Both the position numbers and the translations under genes were made by a program. Source: a bacterium (lineage in GTDB: Bacteria; Bacteroidota; Bacteroidia; Bacteroidales; FEN-979). Taken from it: a DNA stretch of 64,000 nt. The stretch spans positions 9,995 through 73,994 of the forward strand of contig JAZDGR010000052.1 of the NCBI GenBank assembly GCA_043806735.1, given 5' to 3'. Under the pieces are notes generated by a model. The model searched no databases, was not told where the DNA came from, and worked only from the letters and a program-made list of their open reading frames with translations. This document shows positions 61,935 to 64,000 of the stretch, one piece after another (position 1 is the stretch's first letter; the number at the start of each line of letters is the position of its first letter).

Positions 61935-63836
61935 ATGATACGGCGATCTTTTCGCTACTGCTGGTTATTGCCAACAGTGTTTCTCCTCCCCTTCTGCACT
62001 CAAACCCATTCTCCTGAAATCCAGCAGGATCCCTCCCGGCAGGCAGCAGTGCGGGATTCGATCGGAGTACTGGATTCGCTGGTTTCCATCTATAAAATCC
62101 GGGATCCAAAACTTGCCCAAACCTGTGCACGCAGTGCGATGACCCTTGCCCGGCAAATCGATGACCGGGCCATGGAAGTTAGAGCTTACAGGCTGATGGG
62201 CTTTTCATTGATCAATACAGATGAGGACTCCAGTTTTATATTTTACCACAGAGGATTGGAGATTGCAGATTCATTCCGGATCACCGGGGAAAAACCGCAT
62301 CTCTATTACAATCTGGCGGTGATTTATCAACAAGCCCAGAATTATCAGACAGCATTGGCCTATTATGATTCGGCCAGAAGGATGTTTTCCCATGGAGATG
62401 ATTTTGCGAACTTATCGAATGCCTGGTGTGCGATCGGAAACATTAAGCATGATCTCTATGATTATACAGGAGCCCGTGAAGCTTATGATACCGCATTAAA
62501 AATAGCTGTCGATCATTTCATTCATAAACAAAGGGGAATCGCTCTTGCCAATTTATCTAAATACGCAGACACCGGACAACGGGCAATCAGGATGCAAAAA
62601 GAGGCGATTGAGTATCTGAATAAATCAGAAGGGAACGAAGAAGAGATTGCCTTAATCCTGATCAATATCGGCAAATACTTTCCTGATCCGGATTCCGCAT
62701 TGGTTTATTATAAGGAAGCAATCCGGTTGGGCGAGAAGTATTCCCTGGAAGAAGTAATGATTGGAGCCTATAATAATATGGTTTATAGCTTCCTGGATAA
62801 GGGAGACCTGGCTCAGGCCGAAGCCTGTTTAAAGAAGTATGCGATTCCCCTGGCCCAATCGGATTCCAACTTCGACTGGCTCTCCACCCTGTATGATTCC
62901 TATGCCGATGTGTTTGCAGCCAAAGGCGACTTCCGGAATGCCTTTGCCTCGGAACGGAAAGCGATGGAGGCAAAGGGTCGGTCGGATACGAAGCGTGCAA
63001 CCGGTCAGGTTCGTCTGTTGGCCGCTTTGCTGGATCTGAAAAACAAAGAGTTACTGATCCGGGTAAAGAGCCAGCAAGTGCTGGCAGAGGAGAGCCGGAG
63101 CCGGCAATTCCTGCTTTGGCTGATCATTGCCATGTTTGTTGCGATAGGTCTCGGCGTTTTAGTTTTTATCCTGTCGCAACGGAACCGGTTAAACATGCAG
63201 CGCCAGCAGATTGATTCGGCTACCCGCATCCTCCGGATGGAAGAGCAGGAGAAAGAGCGGCTGGGCAGGGAGTTGCATGACCTTACCGGACAGGTGATCC
63301 TGGGGATCGCCGGGGAGCTTGAGCAAGCCGGGTTTACCGATATGGGGAAAAAGGAGCATCTTCAGCAGCGGATCCGTGAGATCGGCGACGGCATCCGGCA
63401 GATCTCCCACCGGATGGCCAAACCGGGGATGCATCAACTCACTTTGGCGGAGCTTGTCACCGACCTGTGCGACAGTTACCGGAAATCGCTGGGAATGGAG
63501 ATTGCACTCAAAATGCCGACAAAGTTGCCCGATTTGCCTCCCGAAGCTACCCTGCACCTTTACCGGGTGGTTCAGGAGCTGCTCACCAACGCAAGCAAAT
63601 ATGCCCGGGAGAGCCTGGTGAGTCTTGCAATCCATTACGATGGAAAGCAGATCGAGCTCTTCTATTCCGATGAGGGGCCGGGATTTGACAAAACCAACCT
63701 TCCTTCCGAAGGCATGGGATTATCCATTATCTTTGAGCGGATTAAGTTTTTGGGTGGGGAAGCCCGCCTCGAAACGGATCGTGGAGCCGGGACATTCTGG
63801 GAAATTATTGTGCCGGTCCACCGGTCCACCAAGTAA
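61935..63836 (+). CDS. TPR-repeat sensor histidine kinase (HisKA_3 / NarL-partner type)
   Basis: 633 aa. A TPR-like N-terminal ~380 aa is followed by one TM helix (FLLWLIIAMFVAIGLGVLVFIL). Then come the H-box LGRELHDLTGQ and the ATPase blocks LLTNASKYA and DEGPGF...GMGLSIIFERI. Confidence 0.8.
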   Translation: MIRRSFRYCWLLPTVFLLPFCTQTHSPEIQQDPSRQAAVRDSIGVLDSLVSIYKIRDPKLAQTCARSAMTLARQIDDRAMEVRAYRLMGFSLINTDEDSSFIFYHRGLEIADSFRITGEKPHLYYNLAVIYQQAQNYQTALAYYDSARRMFSHGDDFANLSNAWCAIGNIKHDLYDYTGAREAYDTALKIAVDHFIHKQRGIALANLSKYADTGQRAIRMQKEAIEYLNKSEGNEEEIALILINIGKYFPDPDSALVYYKEAIRLGEKYSLEEVMIGAYNNMVYSFLDKGDLAQAEACLKKYAIPLAQSDSNFDWLSTLYDSYADVFAAKGDFRNAFASERKAMEAKGRSDTKRATGQVRLLAALLDLKNKELLIRVKSQQVLAEESRSRQFLLWLIIAMFVAIGLGVLVFILSQRNRLNMQRQQIDSATRILRMEEQEKERLGRELHDLTGQVILGIAGELEQAGFTDMGKKEHLQQRIREIGDGIRQISHRMAKPGMHQLTLAELVTDLCDSYRKSLGMEIALKMPTKLPDLPPEATLHLYRVVQELLTNASKYARESLVSLAIHYDGKQIELFYSDEGPGFDKTNLPSEGMGLSIIFERIKFLGGEARLETDRGAGTFWEIIVPVHRSTK

Positions 63837-63851
63837 CCAACCTTCCGCCCT

Positions 63852-64000
63852 ATGATCAAGATATTTGTTATCGAAGACCATGTGGTTACCTCTGCCGGGA
63901 TCCGCAGCCTCTTCCGGTCGTCGCGCGATGCCATTGCCGTAACTGGTTGCGTCACCCGAGTGGAAGAGGCTCTTGAAAAAGCCGATCCTGCGAAGATAGA
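63852..64000 (+). CDS. response regulator (NarL/LuxR-type), N-terminal fragment running off the right edge
   Basis: My translation from the ATG at 63852 reads MIKIFVIEDHVVTSAGIRSLFRSSRDAIAVTGCV..., a REC-domain start. It lies immediately after a HisKA_3 kinase. Confidence 0.6.
   Translation, partial: MIKIFVIEDHVVTSAGIRSLFRSSRDAIAVTGCVTRVEEALEKADPAKI

Noticed and set aside
1-64000. Search for prophage, integrase, transposase, toxin-antitoxin or known defence-system genes
   Set aside because: No ORF of at least 60 aa showed integrase, transposase, terminase, capsid, restriction-modification, Cas, or nuclease/helicase defence-like motifs that I could recognise. The only cassette-like insertion is the four-helix-bundle gene.

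Overview
The window looks like a compact chromosomal segment from a Bacteroidota-type genome. Supporting this are TAnnTTTG -7 promoter boxes ahead of many genes, a T9SS C-terminal sorting domain, gldH, a b558-type sdh/frdCAB operon and a MurF-Alr fusion. I saw no transposase, integrase, phage gene or CRISPR array. About 50 genes can be called. Housekeeping genes include glnA, hsp20, yicC, gmk, nadD, pepP, sdhCAB, holB, PSP1/ricT, gldH, PBP1A, pdxA, ispB, nrdJ, tatD, tRNA-Ser and tRNA-Val. Regulatory genes include a cheR / cheB / REC-HK module, an OmpR/PhoR-like pair and a TPR-HK/LuxR pair. Four things stand out. (1) A co-directional run of about 22-23 kb on the minus strand (41997 down to 20219, perhaps 19038) has almost no intergenic space. 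It combines murF-alr, a small GT2, two GT-C-like membrane proteins, an MBOAT with an AlgJ/DltD-like partner, a 1474-aa T9SS cargo protein, an FG-GAP protein, a GH16-like lipoprotein and an LtaS/OpgB-like sulfatase-fold transferase. Four of these proteins share a CBM-like module that ends in Y-x-W-N...DD. I read this as an uncharacterised system for building or decorating an extracytoplasmic polymer. (2) A gene for a four-helix-bundle protein (23S rRNA-IVS / Avd family) sits exactly between the sdhA stop and the sdhB start, bracketed by inverted (GGATTAG)n arrays. This is the layout of an rRNA intervening sequence, placed here inside an mRNA operon. (3) The window is rich in short structured repeats. 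Heptanucleotide tandem arrays are translated in frame inside three envelope genes and inside a signal peptide. A 90-bp nested-palindrome element lies in frame inside holB, with a 108-bp sibling in the neighbouring spacer. (4) A STAS-domain protein is translationally coupled to an ABC permease that is fused to two substrate-binding domains. All functional calls rest on motif recognition by eye in the supplied translations; no database search was run.
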